Shown here in pieces: positions 28,443-38,595 of a stretch of 64,000 nt of DNA. Source of the stretch: an uncultured Sangeribacter sp. Its GTDB lineage: Bacteria > Bacteroidota > Bacteroidia > Bacteroidales > Muribaculaceae. A program made the position numbers and the translations under genes. The notes below the pieces were generated by a model. It saw only the letters and a list, made by a program, of their open reading frames with translations, had not been told where the DNA came from and made no database searches. The first letter of the stretch is position 1. Every line of letters starts with the position of its first letter. Where the stretch lies: assembly GCA_964515455.1 (NCBI GenBank), contig CAZEUD010000002.1, positions 15,430 to 79,429 on the forward strand, written 5' to 3'.

Positions 28443-29527
28443 TTTGAATATATTTTGTCAAGTGATTTTATAAAATTTTGCCAGGAAAGATGTTTCGTGA
28501 ATTCTTTCAATGACTTTATACCCATATTTTCACGCAATTCTTTATCTGAATATAGACGGCGCATGGCTTCAGCGAGTTGCGATGCGTTTCCGGGCTTCAC
28601 AAGCAACGCTGTCTCGCCATCTGAAAGATATTCTCTCTGGGCACCGTTATCTGTTGCCACCTGGGGACGACCGGAGGCCATGAAGCGAAGACTCTCCAGA
28701 CAAAACGCTTCTTTCTCATAAGAAGGCACAACTCCGAAATGAGTTTCCGTACAGACTTCCGATCCCAATGGTTGATGAATATTCCAGTCAATGGAATTCA
28801 TAACATCGCACTGAATTGCCCTGCGGCGCACCATATCAAGGTAGTCGGGATTGCCGCTTCCGCAAATGCGCAGACGCAATTTGATATCCTTAAGCATGCT
28901 CATCGCATCTATAAGCGTTTCAAGCCCCTTCCCCTTTACAATGGCTCCCTGGTACAGGGCGCATACCGGACCCGTTTCCGGCTCTTTGCAATATTCATTG
29001 CGTGGAAGAAAAATGCTGTCGTGAAGAATGTGTATCTTATTCTGGTCAAGAATTATCTCGCTTCCCCCCCTGGCATGTCTGAAACCTTCATACGCCATCT
29101 TTGAAACGAATATGTGTGCATCAACATATCCGTAAATTTTTTTAAACAACCATGTGTTCTGTCCCCGTCTTACCGTGTGGCGTGTGCTGACAATACGTAT
29201 ATCATCTCTGCGCGTTATTTTGCGGGCAATGGCTGCGGTGAGAGCATCACGGTAGCGGTGGGTATGCACCACGCTGCCGCAGGGAGTTTTGCGAATTTTA
29301 CGTGCCAGAGTTAAAGCCGATGTAAAATCGAAGAATCCGGTGAGGGGAGCATGGAGTAATTCTATTCCGGCTTCCGAAAATCTTGAGTCAACGCCAACAG
29401 CATTGCGCGTCATGGCAGTCACATTCCATCCCTCTTTTTTATAATGACGGCATATATCCAGTGCGTAACTCTGCACACCTCCCCATCTGTTGGATGGTAT
29501 TATGTGGATGAGACTTTTCTCAGACAT
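28439..29527 (-). CDS. Glycosyltransferase family 4
   Basis: [39 protein letters not shown]; overlaps the gmd start by 4 nt. Confidence 0.88.
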   Translation of the reverse strand: MSEKSLIHIIPSNRWGGVQSYALDICRHYKKEGWNVTAMTRNAVGVDSRFSEAGIELLHAPLTGFFDFTSALTLARKIRKTPCGSVVHTHRYRDALTAAIARKITRRDDIRIVSTRHTVRRGQNTWLFKKIYGYVDAHIFVSKMAYEGFRHARGGSEIILDQNKIHILHDSIFLPRNEYCKEPETGPVCALYQGAIVKGKGLETLIDAMSMLKDIKLRLRICGSGNPDYLDMVRRRAIQCDVMNSIDWNIHQPLGSEVCTETHFGVVPSYEKEAFCLESLRFMASGRPQVATDNGAQREYLSDGETALLVKPGNASQLAEAMRRLYSDKELRENMGIKSLKEFTKHLSWQNFIKSLDKIYSK

Positions 29528-29555
29528 CTTTGTGAAACAGACTCTTGAACCGGCT

Positions 29556-30659
29556 CTAATTAGCGGCGGAGAGCATTACGTTTATATCTACACTCGGCAT
29601 GCCGAGATAGCTGCCAATCAGTTTATCCACCAATTTCCCCTCATAAGTTACAATACCATATTGCACCCCGGGGGTAGTGGCAAGCATACTGTAGAATCCG
29701 TTTTTGATTGCCATCTCATCAAAGAAATTCACAAGAGCATTGGAAAGGGCCATTGCAACAGTGCGCGGCACACTCACCGAAGGATGTGTCTCGTTCATGT
29801 CGAGAATATATGCATTCTCCTTCATGGCGGCTTTCAGGTTGTTGGGAAATTCAAACGTGCGTGTGGGATTTCCAAGGATAAGCACATCGGCAGTCTTTAC
29901 GCGGTTGTAAAGCACACGTGGATGAATGGCTATAGTGTCTACATTAGCTCCAACAAGATCTTTTGCCACTTGCAGGGTGGAGGTGTCATTGTCCATGAGT
30001 GTCACTCTTGCGCCTGCTGCGGCTGCTGCCCTGGCTGCCGCAATCATATCGTTGCCCATACCAATGAGAAGCACTTCGCATGGATTTATTCCGGCGATGC
30101 CGGCAAGCAATACTCCTTTCCCTCCACCGAGATACGACAATGCCTCTTCAGCATATACGATAGCCGACCTGCCATCTATTTCATCAATGATATTGGCAAA
30201 CACCGGTTCGTCATTATAGCTGTACATATTATCGAAGCATCCGGTGGTGATTTTATGGTCGAGCAAAGCCTTGATTGTGGACTCCTCAAAAAGAATATTA
30301 TCCATCATGCAGAGAAGCACAGCACCCTTCTGCATCTTTTTTATATCTTTGGATTTCAAGGGAGTATAGCATAGCACTACGGGCGATTTAAGAGCTTCTT
30401 CACGTGTTGTTATCCTGACCCCGTATTCGGCGTATTTTTCGTCTGTGAAACTAATATCGCTTCCGGCTCCTGATTCCATACAAACCTTGAGTCCTCCGGA
30501 TGTCAGCATTCCGCAAGCTTCGGGTGTAAGAAGCATTCGTGTTTCGTAACTATCTGAATAATTGGCTACTATTCCAAGTTGCATTGATGAGCCTTCCTGC
30601 TCTATCACCGCTACCATCTCTTGCGGTTCCAGTGTATGTTGTCCCTTTGAATTTCCCAT
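29556..30659 (-). CDS. Alanine dehydrogenase/PNT-family homologue with degenerate active site
   Basis: ETRMLLTP, MESGAG...FTDEKY, GGGKGVLLAG, KTADV; the KVKEP, YLH and GxGxxG motifs are not conserved. Confidence 0.75.
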   Translation of the reverse strand: MGNSKGQHTLEPQEMVAVIEQEGSSMQLGIVANYSDSYETRMLLTPEACGMLTSGGLKVCMESGAGSDISFTDEKYAEYGVRITTREEALKSPVVLCYTPLKSKDIKKMQKGAVLLCMMDNILFEESTIKALLDHKITTGCFDNMYSYNDEPVFANIIDEIDGRSAIVYAEEALSYLGGGKGVLLAGIAGINPCEVLLIGMGNDMIAAARAAAAAGARVTLMDNDTSTLQVAKDLVGANVDTIAIHPRVLYNRVKTADVLILGNPTRTFEFPNNLKAAMKENAYILDMNETHPSVSVPRTVAMALSNALVNFFDEMAIKNGFYSMLATTPGVQYGIVTYEGKLVDKLIGSYLGMPSVDINVMLSAAN

Positions 30660-30770
30660 AGCTTAAAACAGGCTTTATTGAAATTTACCCCTAAATTAAC
30701 ATTTATATTTTTATTCTCAAAATTTTAGACTCCATTCCCCAAAATTTGTTTATGTACGGGCGGCGTAGCC

Positions 30771-31304
30771 TCATTTTGATTCTGCATTATATAGTTTGAA
30801 GAAGGTCTCTATAGAATCCGAAATCTGGTTGCGATTCTCAAGATTTTCCCCTGAAAAGCGTAAGTTGGCCCTGCTGTAATGTTCGTGTCTTGCTTTCAGG
30901 TCGGCATCTACTGATGTCCGGATCTCTTCAGGCGATTTCCCTCTCATAAGCGGGCGTCGTGAACTGTTACGTATCAAACGTTGTGTAATCTTTTCCGGAG
31001 TTGCTTCCAGCCAAACCACATTTCCGTGCGACAGCATATAGTCCATATTGTTGTGAAAACAAGGTGTACCTCCTCCGCAGGATATTATAACATTCTCAAA
31101 CTCCCCGACTTCGCGCAGCATTGATGACTCTATCTTTCGGAAACCTTCCTCACCCTTTTCAGCAAAGATATCATTTATTGTTTTTCTGAACCGTTGCTCG
31201 ATATAGAAGTCGAGGTCGATGAATTCAACTCCTGCATGCTTTGCCAAAGCGCGACCGAATGTGGTCTTGCCGCAAGCCATATATCCTATTATAAACAAAT
31301 TCAT
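30771..31304 (-). CDS. aroK: Shikimate kinase
   Basis: GYMACGKTT, DLDFYIE, FRKIES, SCGGG, RRPL. Confidence 0.95.
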   Translation of the reverse strand: MNLFIIGYMACGKTTFGRALAKHAGVEFIDLDFYIEQRFRKTINDIFAEKGEEGFRKIESSMLREVGEFENVIISCGGGTPCFHNNMDYMLSHGNVVWLEATPEKITQRLIRNSSRRPLMRGKSPEEIRTSVDADLKARHEHYSRANLRFSGENLENRNQISDSIETFFKLYNAESK

Positions 31305-31333
31305 TTTTTTAAGAGGCTCTGAGAGCAGGACTC

Positions 31334-31708
31334 TCAGAAATTATATATTATACGAAAGATCCACCATAAAATAATGATGGTGACTATAGCCACTACCACC
31401 GGTATCGAGTGGACTTTCATGTAAAGACGCGGATACTTGTCGCGAAATATTTCGAGACAAATCATTGGTATGAGTAACGGAATCAAGCATAGAAGCAAAG
31501 CATTGTAATGCCAGGCAGCTGCTATGTCGCCATGCAGCAGGGCATGGAGCATACGTTGGCTTCCACATCCCGGACATTGCCACCCGGTGAGTTCGTGAAA
31601 GAGACATCGCGGTGTGAATCCCGATGTTTCCGGATCAATAGCGGAATATAGCGTACACAACAGCACAATTCCGATACCCGACAAAAGCAATATCGTGCTC
31701 TTCTTCAC
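31334..31708 (-). CDS. DUF2752 domain membrane protein
   Basis: PRCLFHELTGWQCPGCGSQRMLHALLHGD...AWHYN; probable GTG start at 31708 overlapping the upstream stop (GTGA). Confidence 0.88.
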   Translation of the reverse strand: MKKSTILLLSGIGIVLLCTLYSAIDPETSGFTPRCLFHELTGWQCPGCGSQRMLHALLHGDIAAAWHYNALLLCLIPLLIPMICLEIFRDKYPRLYMKVHSIPVVVAIVTIIILWWIFRIIYNF

Positions 31709-32265
31709 ACAAACAGGGCAAGAGGTATATACACAGTTGCTGTTATCACACCAAGCACAACGGATGCAATTATCCAATACTGAGCCATTTGGGAAGCTTT
31801 GCGTGCGCCGTCATAATCCTTGGCATAATATTTGGTGCTGACCATGGTGCTGTAGACGATGGCTACTATTCCCGGTATAAGACAGCAGAATACGGTGGCT
31901 AATACCGACCATACAAGATATGTTTCAGGCATCTCCTCCTGATTGTATGGTTGGGGAGCATCATGAGGCTGAGGCTGGAGTTGGGGTTGACAGCCATACG
32001 GTTGCATGGGAGGTTGCGGTGAAGCTGGCACGGGAGGGATCTGATTCCCGGGTACAGGTGGAGGGGTAGCGGCTTTCTCTGCACGTTGCCGGGCCTCTTC
32101 CGGATCAAAATCTATATGTAGAGCAGAAGCCCACTCAGTCTCGATCTCATCTTCAAAACCCTCTTTTTCAGCCTTGTTCCGGCCCTCGATATCTTCTTTG
32201 AAGTTTTCTTTCTTTTCTTCAAAAACCTCTTTCTCTTCTTCGCGGTAATCTTTCTCTTCTTCCAT
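31705..32265 (-). CDS. CD225/dispanin family protein with acidic and Pro/Gln-rich N-terminus
   Basis: PETYLVWSVLATVFCCLIPGIVAIVYS...DYDGARKAS...W. Confidence 0.9.
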   Translation of the reverse strand: MEEEKDYREEEKEVFEEKKENFKEDIEGRNKAEKEGFEDEIETEWASALHIDFDPEEARQRAEKAATPPPVPGNQIPPVPASPQPPMQPYGCQPQLQPQPHDAPQPYNQEEMPETYLVWSVLATVFCCLIPGIVAIVYSTMVSTKYYAKDYDGARKASQMAQYWIIASVVLGVITATVYIPLALFV

Positions 32266-32288
32266 AATTTAAAACTCAGGAAAATTTA

Positions 32289-34124
32289 TCATACTTGCTG
32301 CATCTCTACAAGGCGGTTGTAGATACCTCCCTGTTCAATAAGTTCAGCATGAGTGCCCGTTTCAACAATCCTGCCATTGGAGAGCACGCATATCTTATCG
32401 GCATTCACAATTGTGGAGAGCCTGTGGGCTATAACAATTGTAGTGCGGTTTTTCATCAATTTTTCCAATGCATCCTGCACAAGACGTTCGCTTTCAGTGT
32501 CGAGGGCTGAAGTGGCTTCATCAAGGATAAGGATTGCCGGATTCTTTAATATTGCCCGGGCTATGCTGATACGTTGGCGCTGACCGCCTGACAGACGGCT
32601 GCCTCTGTCGCCTATCACTGTCTGATATCCATTCTCCGTATGCATGATAAAATCATGGGCATTCGCTATGCGGGCTGCTGTTTCCACCTCCTCCTGTGTG
32701 GCATTTACAGAACCGAATGCTATATTATTGAAAATGGTGTCATTGAAAAGAATCGCTTCTTGGTTCACATTCCCCATTAATGAGCGCAAATCCTTTACAC
32801 GCAAATCTTTCACGTTGATGCCGTCCACAAGCACTTCTCCGTGCTCTATATCCCAGAACCGCGGTATAAGATCCACAAGTGTTGATTTTCCGGATCCTGA
32901 CTGCCCTACAATTGCCACTGTCTCACCCGGCTTCACTTCAAGATTGATATGCGACAGCACATCGCGCTCTCCATCGTAGCTGAAACTGACATCCCGGAAA
33001 CTAACAGAACTCATGGATTCATCTTCGGGTAATTCTTTCGGAGCTACGGGATCCTGTATAGGGTTGGTGGCTCTGAGAATTTTATCGATTCGCTCCATCG
33101 CAGCCATCCCTTTCTGTATGGTATAGGTGGTCTTGGATAATTCTTTCGCAGGATTGATTATGCTATAGAAAATCACCATAAAAAGAATAAATTGCGAGGC
33201 ATCTATTGTTGAATTGCCGGAAAGAATCAATGTGCCCCCAAACCATAGTATTATGGCAACAGCCACCGTGCCCAGAAATTCGCTCAAGGGGTGTGCAAGG
33301 GCATACCGGCGTCCCATGGCATTGTGGATACGGTAAAGGTCGGCGGTTTCATAGTCAAATTTACGCTCCATTTGCCGCTCGGCATTAAATGCTTTTACGA
33401 TGCGCAGACCGCTGATTGTCTCCTCTATATTGGAGAGAATGGAGCCAAACCGTTCCTGACCCTCACGATTTTGCTGCTTGAGCTTCTTGCCTACCATTCC
33501 CATAAGAGAACCTATGATTGGAAGCATGATGAACACAAACAGTGTGATCTGCCAGCTCAGGGCAATCATTGCCACAAGGTATGATATGATGAGTATCGGA
33601 TATTTTACCAGACTGAATATGCTCGACATCACTGACATCTGCACTTCCTGCACATCCCCCGACATTCTGGCCATGATATCTCCCTTCCGTTCGTTTGTGA
33701 AGAATCCGATGGGGAGGGATACGATTTTATTGTACATTGCATTGCGTATGTCGCGTGTAACCCCGTTCTGCAGAGGCAATGTAAACCACTCACTCGCGTA
33801 GGCAGTAAGCACCTTGGCCAAGGTCATTACAGAAAGGGCAGCGCAAAGGAATAACAGTGTGATCGACGGTCCATGCTCAGTAATCATCTGCGCTACATAA
33901 TAATAGAAATTATTTGTGAGGACATCGGTAAGCTTTCCCGCTCCTATTGCCATATAATGATATTCCTGCGTGTCAAGACCGAAAAGCATCCGCAGGATCG
34001 GCATTATGAATGCAAAAGAGAATATTGTAAGAAAGGCGGTGAGAAGGTTGAATATCACGCTGACAATGACATTCCACTTATATGGAGCTGCAAAACGCAG
34101 CATAAATTTAAAGAAATCTTTCAT
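32289..34124 (-). CDS. msbA: MsbA-like ABC exporter (fused TMD-NBD)
   Basis: Six-TM N-terminal domain, GQSGSGKST, LSGGQRQR, ILDEATSALD; next to a lipid A acyltransferase, but the substrate is inferred. Confidence 0.75.
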   Translation of the reverse strand: MKDFFKFMLRFAAPYKWNVIVSVIFNLLTAFLTIFSFAFIMPILRMLFGLDTQEYHYMAIGAGKLTDVLTNNFYYYVAQMITEHGPSITLLFLCAALSVMTLAKVLTAYASEWFTLPLQNGVTRDIRNAMYNKIVSLPIGFFTNERKGDIMARMSGDVQEVQMSVMSSIFSLVKYPILIISYLVAMIALSWQITLFVFIMLPIIGSLMGMVGKKLKQQNREGQERFGSILSNIEETISGLRIVKAFNAERQMERKFDYETADLYRIHNAMGRRYALAHPLSEFLGTVAVAIILWFGGTLILSGNSTIDASQFILFMVIFYSIINPAKELSKTTYTIQKGMAAMERIDKILRATNPIQDPVAPKELPEDESMSSVSFRDVSFSYDGERDVLSHINLEVKPGETVAIVGQSGSGKSTLVDLIPRFWDIEHGEVLVDGINVKDLRVKDLRSLMGNVNQEAILFNDTIFNNIAFGSVNATQEEVETAARIANAHDFIMHTENGYQTVIGDRGSRLSGGQRQRISIARAILKNPAILILDEATSALDTESERLVQDALEKLMKNRTTIVIAHRLSTIVNADKICVLSNGRIVETGTHAELIEQGGIYNRLVEMQQV

Positions 34125-34172
34125 CAGCTGCAAATTTACAAAAAATCCCCAACAAAGCCAACTTATTAATGA

Positions 34173-35081
34173 TTACAAATGCTTAAGCATCTCATCAGCT
34201 TTCTCTTTGCCGTGGTATTCATAGAAAAGGGAACGAGGTCGTTTCCAGCGACGATGGCTCCAGAGCCAGAATTGCGGAGCCTCCCTGATGTTTTCTTCCA
34301 AAAGACGGAAATATTTCTTTGAGGTTTCAAATATAGCTTCTTTCTTAGCGTCTTCACATATAGGGACGAAGCGAAGAGTGTAATATCCTCTGCGAGGACG
34401 CGTAATATGACCATATACAGCCTTCGCCCCAAGGAATTTGGATATGCGTTCAGGTCCGGTATAGACGCCCGTATCGTGATTTAAGAAGTCGGTGAAGAGA
34501 TGTATGTTTAATACGGGTGCCTGATCGGCAATATAACCGGTGACAGACGGCTCTCCCTCCCGTTTCCAGCGTATCAGGGTCTGCATGATATCAGCCATAG
34601 CTATATTATTGGCTTTGAAGCGTGTGCGGAGTTTATAAAACAGCTTGTCGAATGTCTTGTTCTCCAATGGATGATATATCTGGGCGCATTTGGCTTTCGA
34701 ATCAATATGCAAAGGCAAGGAACTTACCCATTCCCAGTTGCAGTAATGACCCAAATATATTGACACAGACTGCCCCCTCCTTACTGCCTCGTTGATCTCT
34801 CCAATATTCTCTACTTTCAATCGCTTCCTCATTTTCTTTTCAGTCATGGAAGCAAGTTTTAGCGTTTCGAAAAAATAATCGCAGAGAAATTGATAGAATT
34901 GCTTCTCTATTAATTTTATATCTTTTATGTCCTTTTCTGGAAATGAGCCGGTAAGATTGTCACGGACAACTTGACGTCGATATTTTACCACCGAGTATGC
35001 CAGCCATGCCAATACATCCGAAAACATATACAGAATACGGAACGGCAGCAGAGAAAGAAGATAGACAAAATAATATAGCAT
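34173..35081 (-). CDS. Lipid A late acyltransferase (LpxL/HtrB family)
   Basis: GHYCNWEW, YHPLEN, IADQAP, FLNHDT, WLWSHRRWK. Confidence 0.88.
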   Translation of the reverse strand: MLYYFVYLLSLLPFRILYMFSDVLAWLAYSVVKYRRQVVRDNLTGSFPEKDIKDIKLIEKQFYQFLCDYFFETLKLASMTEKKMRKRLKVENIGEINEAVRRGQSVSIYLGHYCNWEWVSSLPLHIDSKAKCAQIYHPLENKTFDKLFYKLRTRFKANNIAMADIMQTLIRWKREGEPSVTGYIADQAPVLNIHLFTDFLNHDTGVYTGPERISKFLGAKAVYGHITRPRRGYYTLRFVPICEDAKKEAIFETSKKYFRLLEENIREAPQFWLWSHRRWKRPRSLFYEYHGKEKADEMLKHL

Positions 35082-35102
35082 GGAGTGTCTGGCTTAGCGT
35101 AT

Positions 35103-36284
35103 TTATGTTTTGGATAACAGATTTTTGCGAAATTTACGGATTTCAAGGAGTCGACCAATGTAGCCTGTCGTCCACCAGAAGATCGTAAGAATCCAAAGGT
35201 GGAGATAGGGGCTGCTCACCTGAGATAATGATGCTCCGTTTGAGTTCATCTTTATGTATCCTTCCACACCCCATGTGGAGGGTGCCAGATAACCCAGGTA
35301 TCGCCATACTGCAGGCATGTCATACAAAGGCCAAATCAAGCCGGATACAAGCAGGAAAATCAGGGATGTTGCCACCCATATTACAAATATTGTCTCTCGT
35401 TCCGTCACGAGCGTTTGCACGGCAAAACCAAGCCCGAATGAAGCAAGTACCAAAGGCACAACGAAAGATATTATTTGCCATGGATCTCCTGCCATGGGGA
35501 AGCGGAATATCATCGGCACAAAATGGATGATAAATATCATCGGCACCAACAGGACAGTAAGATAGCATAGCATTTGCATGAACATTGTGGGAAATACCGG
35601 AGAATAAGGATTCCGGGTATTTATACCATAAAATATTCTCTTTTCCCTGGCTGCACCCCCTGCCATACCTACTGCCAGGATTATACATTGCTGAAGAATA
35701 AGAATCAATACTCCCGGCATTATAAATGAGTCGAATCCATTGCGGATATTACCCATTGAAACATTATCTATGGGGAGCAGATCTCCATCGATTAACGTCT
35801 CAGCCAAAGGGGCATAAGTGTCTATATTTTTTGTAAGCAGTTCGGATGAATAATCCTGCATCACATTGGTGGCTGCCACAAGAAATCCACGGTAACGCAG
35901 CAGAAGACTCATCTCGCAATACATCACTACATCACTTTTCTCACCTCTTCCCACTTTCTTCTCAAAACCTTCCGGAATCTCAAGAATGGCATAAACATCG
36001 TGAGAATTCATAGCCTTGCGCCCCTCGCTGAGATCTGCTGCGTATCCGGCCACCTTCGCCTGGTCGCATGCGTCAAGTTTGCGGGCAAGATCGCGCGACA
36101 GGGCGGTACGGTCATGATCCACCACAACTATAGGCACATCCTTCACCAGTTCCGGATTATATATGAGTGAATATATTATGGGGTATGCCAGAGGCAGGAA
36201 TAAAAAGAAGAGCAATATTCCCGCATCGTGCCTTACCAGATTGAATTCCCGGCAATACACCTCTTTCATTTCCCTTAATTTCAT
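35103..36284 (-). CDS. ABC-2 type permease
   Basis: N-terminal TM, VVDHDRTALSR periplasmic loop, five C-terminal TM helices, LVSGLIWP. Confidence 0.88.
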   Translation of the reverse strand: MKLREMKEVYCREFNLVRHDAGILLFFLFLPLAYPIIYSLIYNPELVKDVPIVVVDHDRTALSRDLARKLDACDQAKVAGYAADLSEGRKAMNSHDVYAILEIPEGFEKKVGRGEKSDVVMYCEMSLLLRYRGFLVAATNVMQDYSSELLTKNIDTYAPLAETLIDGDLLPIDNVSMGNIRNGFDSFIMPGVLILILQQCIILAVGMAGGAAREKRIFYGINTRNPYSPVFPTMFMQMLCYLTVLLVPMIFIIHFVPMIFRFPMAGDPWQIISFVVPLVLASFGLGFAVQTLVTERETIFVIWVATSLIFLLVSGLIWPLYDMPAVWRYLGYLAPSTWGVEGYIKMNSNGASLSQVSSPYLHLWILTIFWWTTGYIGRLLEIRKFRKNLLSKT

Positions 36285-36340
36285 ATCTTTCAGATGCTAA
36301 TGATGCAATTTCACATTAAACATTCCACATTCTAACTCCC

Positions 36341-37516
36341 TTATTCCACATATATAGGCCTGATGAAATCCCTCTTCAGCCTCCATATCATTGTAAACGG
36401 CAGAAGCATGAATATAATATATCCAACATACCACCATTTTGAATATGCGATATCTATACCGTTCAAGGCCTGGTCAATGTATATGAGGAAATTATACCTT
36501 ACCGGAACTATATAGCTGAAAATCCCCATGGCGGGATACATGCTCTGCACAGGGAAAGAGAATGCTGCTATCGAGAAAGAGAGAATTCCCAATAGGGCGC
36601 ATACCGACAGGGAGAGTCGCAGATTCGGAAGCACGCATACCACAAACAGTGCAAATCCCTGGCATGCAGGTACAAACATAAATTCTGACAGAAGCATCCA
36701 GCTCCAATCTCCGTTCATCGGATAATGATTGAAACGATAGAGCCATGCTGTCATGAAAAATACCACCACCCACCAAATAATGGTCTGTGGAAACAGTTTG
36801 GCAAACAAAGCTTTTGTTATTGAGCCATCCGCCATCTGCATGAGTCGCCGCGAGGTGCCGTATTTCAGCTCTTGTCCGAGACTGAATGCCGTCATAAGGA
36901 ATATCATCAGCTGGAGAAGACACGGCACAAACGAATTGGCAATGTATATACCATAGTTGAGCATGGGGTTGCCGATACCTCGTGTTGCGATATTCACCGG
37001 CATCATCATTCCCGACAATGCCGTGGCATCGGCTCCTGCCGACTCCACAATATTCATTGCCACGCCAGCCTTGGTGTATATAGCTGTGGATTTAAATGTC
37101 TTGAAAAGCATGGAGGCCGGCACGAAATATGTCATGTTTGTATAAAAGGTTATCACCGGTTTGCGTCCGGAAAGGAGATCCGCCTGAAAATTTTCAGGGA
37201 TAAGGAAGAAACCATAGATGTCACCCTTCTGTATCAGATGGCGTGCCTCGGAGAAGCTTTGCGGTGTATGGGTAAGATTTACCATCTGCATCCCGTTCAG
37301 ATTCCGGGTTATCTCCCTGCTAAGCTTGCTTCCATCCCGGTCCACCATAGCTGCCGGCACTTTTGTAGGCAGACCCTCCTCCAGCATTGATGTCAGAAAC
37401 AAGAACATAAACAAGGGCATGATAAGGAAGCCAAACCAATATATCGGTCTGCGCACAATCTGCACCATGCTTCTAAGCATGATACCCTTAACCCCTTTTT
37501 TTAATTCATAACTCAT
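36341..37516 (-). CDS. ABC-2 type permease
   Basis: MVDRDGSKLSR, NPMLNY, AAFSFPVQSM; paralogous to the downstream permease. Confidence 0.88.
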   Translation of the reverse strand: MSYELKKGVKGIMLRSMVQIVRRPIYWFGFLIMPLFMFLFLTSMLEEGLPTKVPAAMVDRDGSKLSREITRNLNGMQMVNLTHTPQSFSEARHLIQKGDIYGFFLIPENFQADLLSGRKPVITFYTNMTYFVPASMLFKTFKSTAIYTKAGVAMNIVESAGADATALSGMMMPVNIATRGIGNPMLNYGIYIANSFVPCLLQLMIFLMTAFSLGQELKYGTSRRLMQMADGSITKALFAKLFPQTIIWWVVVFFMTAWLYRFNHYPMNGDWSWMLLSEFMFVPACQGFALFVVCVLPNLRLSLSVCALLGILSFSIAAFSFPVQSMYPAMGIFSYIVPVRYNFLIYIDQALNGIDIAYSKWWYVGYIIFMLLPFTMIWRLKRDFIRPIYVE

Positions 37517-37541
37517 ACCCGGCAGCTGACACCTTGTATTT

Positions 37542-38579
37542 TTATTTCGTTCCGAGATAAATCACTGACATTCCCGGTCTGAAGTTCTCTATCGGTTTTT
37601 CAGGACGGCATTTTATCTGGAATGTGCGGGCGTCATAGTCGCCGGTAGCCTTGGTGGCCTGCCAGTTGGCATAGGTGCCCATATTCTTTATATAGAATAC
37701 CTTCATGTCCGCTTCTTTGTCGAGAGCCGGAATCTTCACTCTCAGCACTGTGCCGAGTTTTATATCTTTCAGCAGCGTTTCGCGCACGTTGAACACAGCC
37801 CAATGGTCATCCTTTTCCAAAGTCATCAGAGGAGCCCCGGTGGCCACCAGTTCGCTTACGTTGGGATAAATTACAGTTATTTCGCCATCGCAGGGAGCCG
37901 TCAGATATTGGTCTTCAAGCAATGCGTCAACTTCTGCCACCCCCCCTTTTGCCACAGTTACCATTGCAGTGGCTGCGGTCTTGTCTTCATTTCGCGCTCC
38001 GGAGCGCGCCAGCTCATACTGGCTCTTTGCAGCGGCCTCTCCGGCTGTGGCTGCATCGTAGGCGGCTTTTGCCTCATCGCGTTTCTGCTCACTCACAACA
38101 CCCTTCTCAAACAGGTTCTGCAGACGGTCGTAAGTTTTCTTGGCAATTGCAGCTGCAGCCTGTGCCTGCTTCCATAGATCGTGGGCGCTTTCGATAATCT
38201 GCGGCCGGGTGCCTGCATCCACTTTCTTGTCGGCTGCTTTGGCTGCCTCTTCCATGGCTCTTGCCTGTTCGAGCTTTGCATCTGCAAGCGATGAGGAGAT
38301 GCGCACAAGAGTGTCGCCTGTCTTGACATGTTGTCCCTCCTCCACAAAAATTTCTGTGACGCGGCCGGGTAGTTTTCCGGAAATGCGGATTTCAGTTGCC
38401 TCTCCTTGTCCCTGCACTGTGTCAGGACCCGGTTTGAGCGATATGAAACCTACTATAGCCAAAGCGGCAAGAATGAGTATAATCACTATGATTGTGAGAA
38501 TAAGACTTTTGTCCTTTTTCGATACGGCCGCCGGATCTTCGGCACCTGCCGGAATTGTGGTCTTTATATTGTTTTCCAT
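37542..38579 (-). CDS. HlyD family membrane fusion protein
   Basis: N-terminal anchor, ISGKLPGRV and VEEGQHVKTGD lipoyl-like motif, alanine-rich hairpin, APCDGEI, RPGMSV. Confidence 0.93.
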   Translation of the reverse strand: MENNIKTTIPAGAEDPAAVSKKDKSLILTIIVIILILAALAIVGFISLKPGPDTVQGQGEATEIRISGKLPGRVTEIFVEEGQHVKTGDTLVRISSSLADAKLEQARAMEEAAKAADKKVDAGTRPQIIESAHDLWKQAQAAAAIAKKTYDRLQNLFEKGVVSEQKRDEAKAAYDAATAGEAAAKSQYELARSGARNEDKTAATAMVTVAKGGVAEVDALLEDQYLTAPCDGEITVIYPNVSELVATGAPLMTLEKDDHWAVFNVRETLLKDIKLGTVLRVKIPALDKEADMKVFYIKNMGTYANWQATKATGDYDARTFQIKCRPEKPIENFRPGMSVIYLGTK

Positions 38580-38595
38580 TTCAATAGTTGGGTTT

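Noticed and set aside
29064-29070. G7 tract in the GT4 gene as a phase-variation switch (also T8 at 4977-4984 in GT2 and an A/T run near 23527-23544)
   Set aside because: The tracts are short and the frames are intact; this is not enough evidence without read-level length variation.
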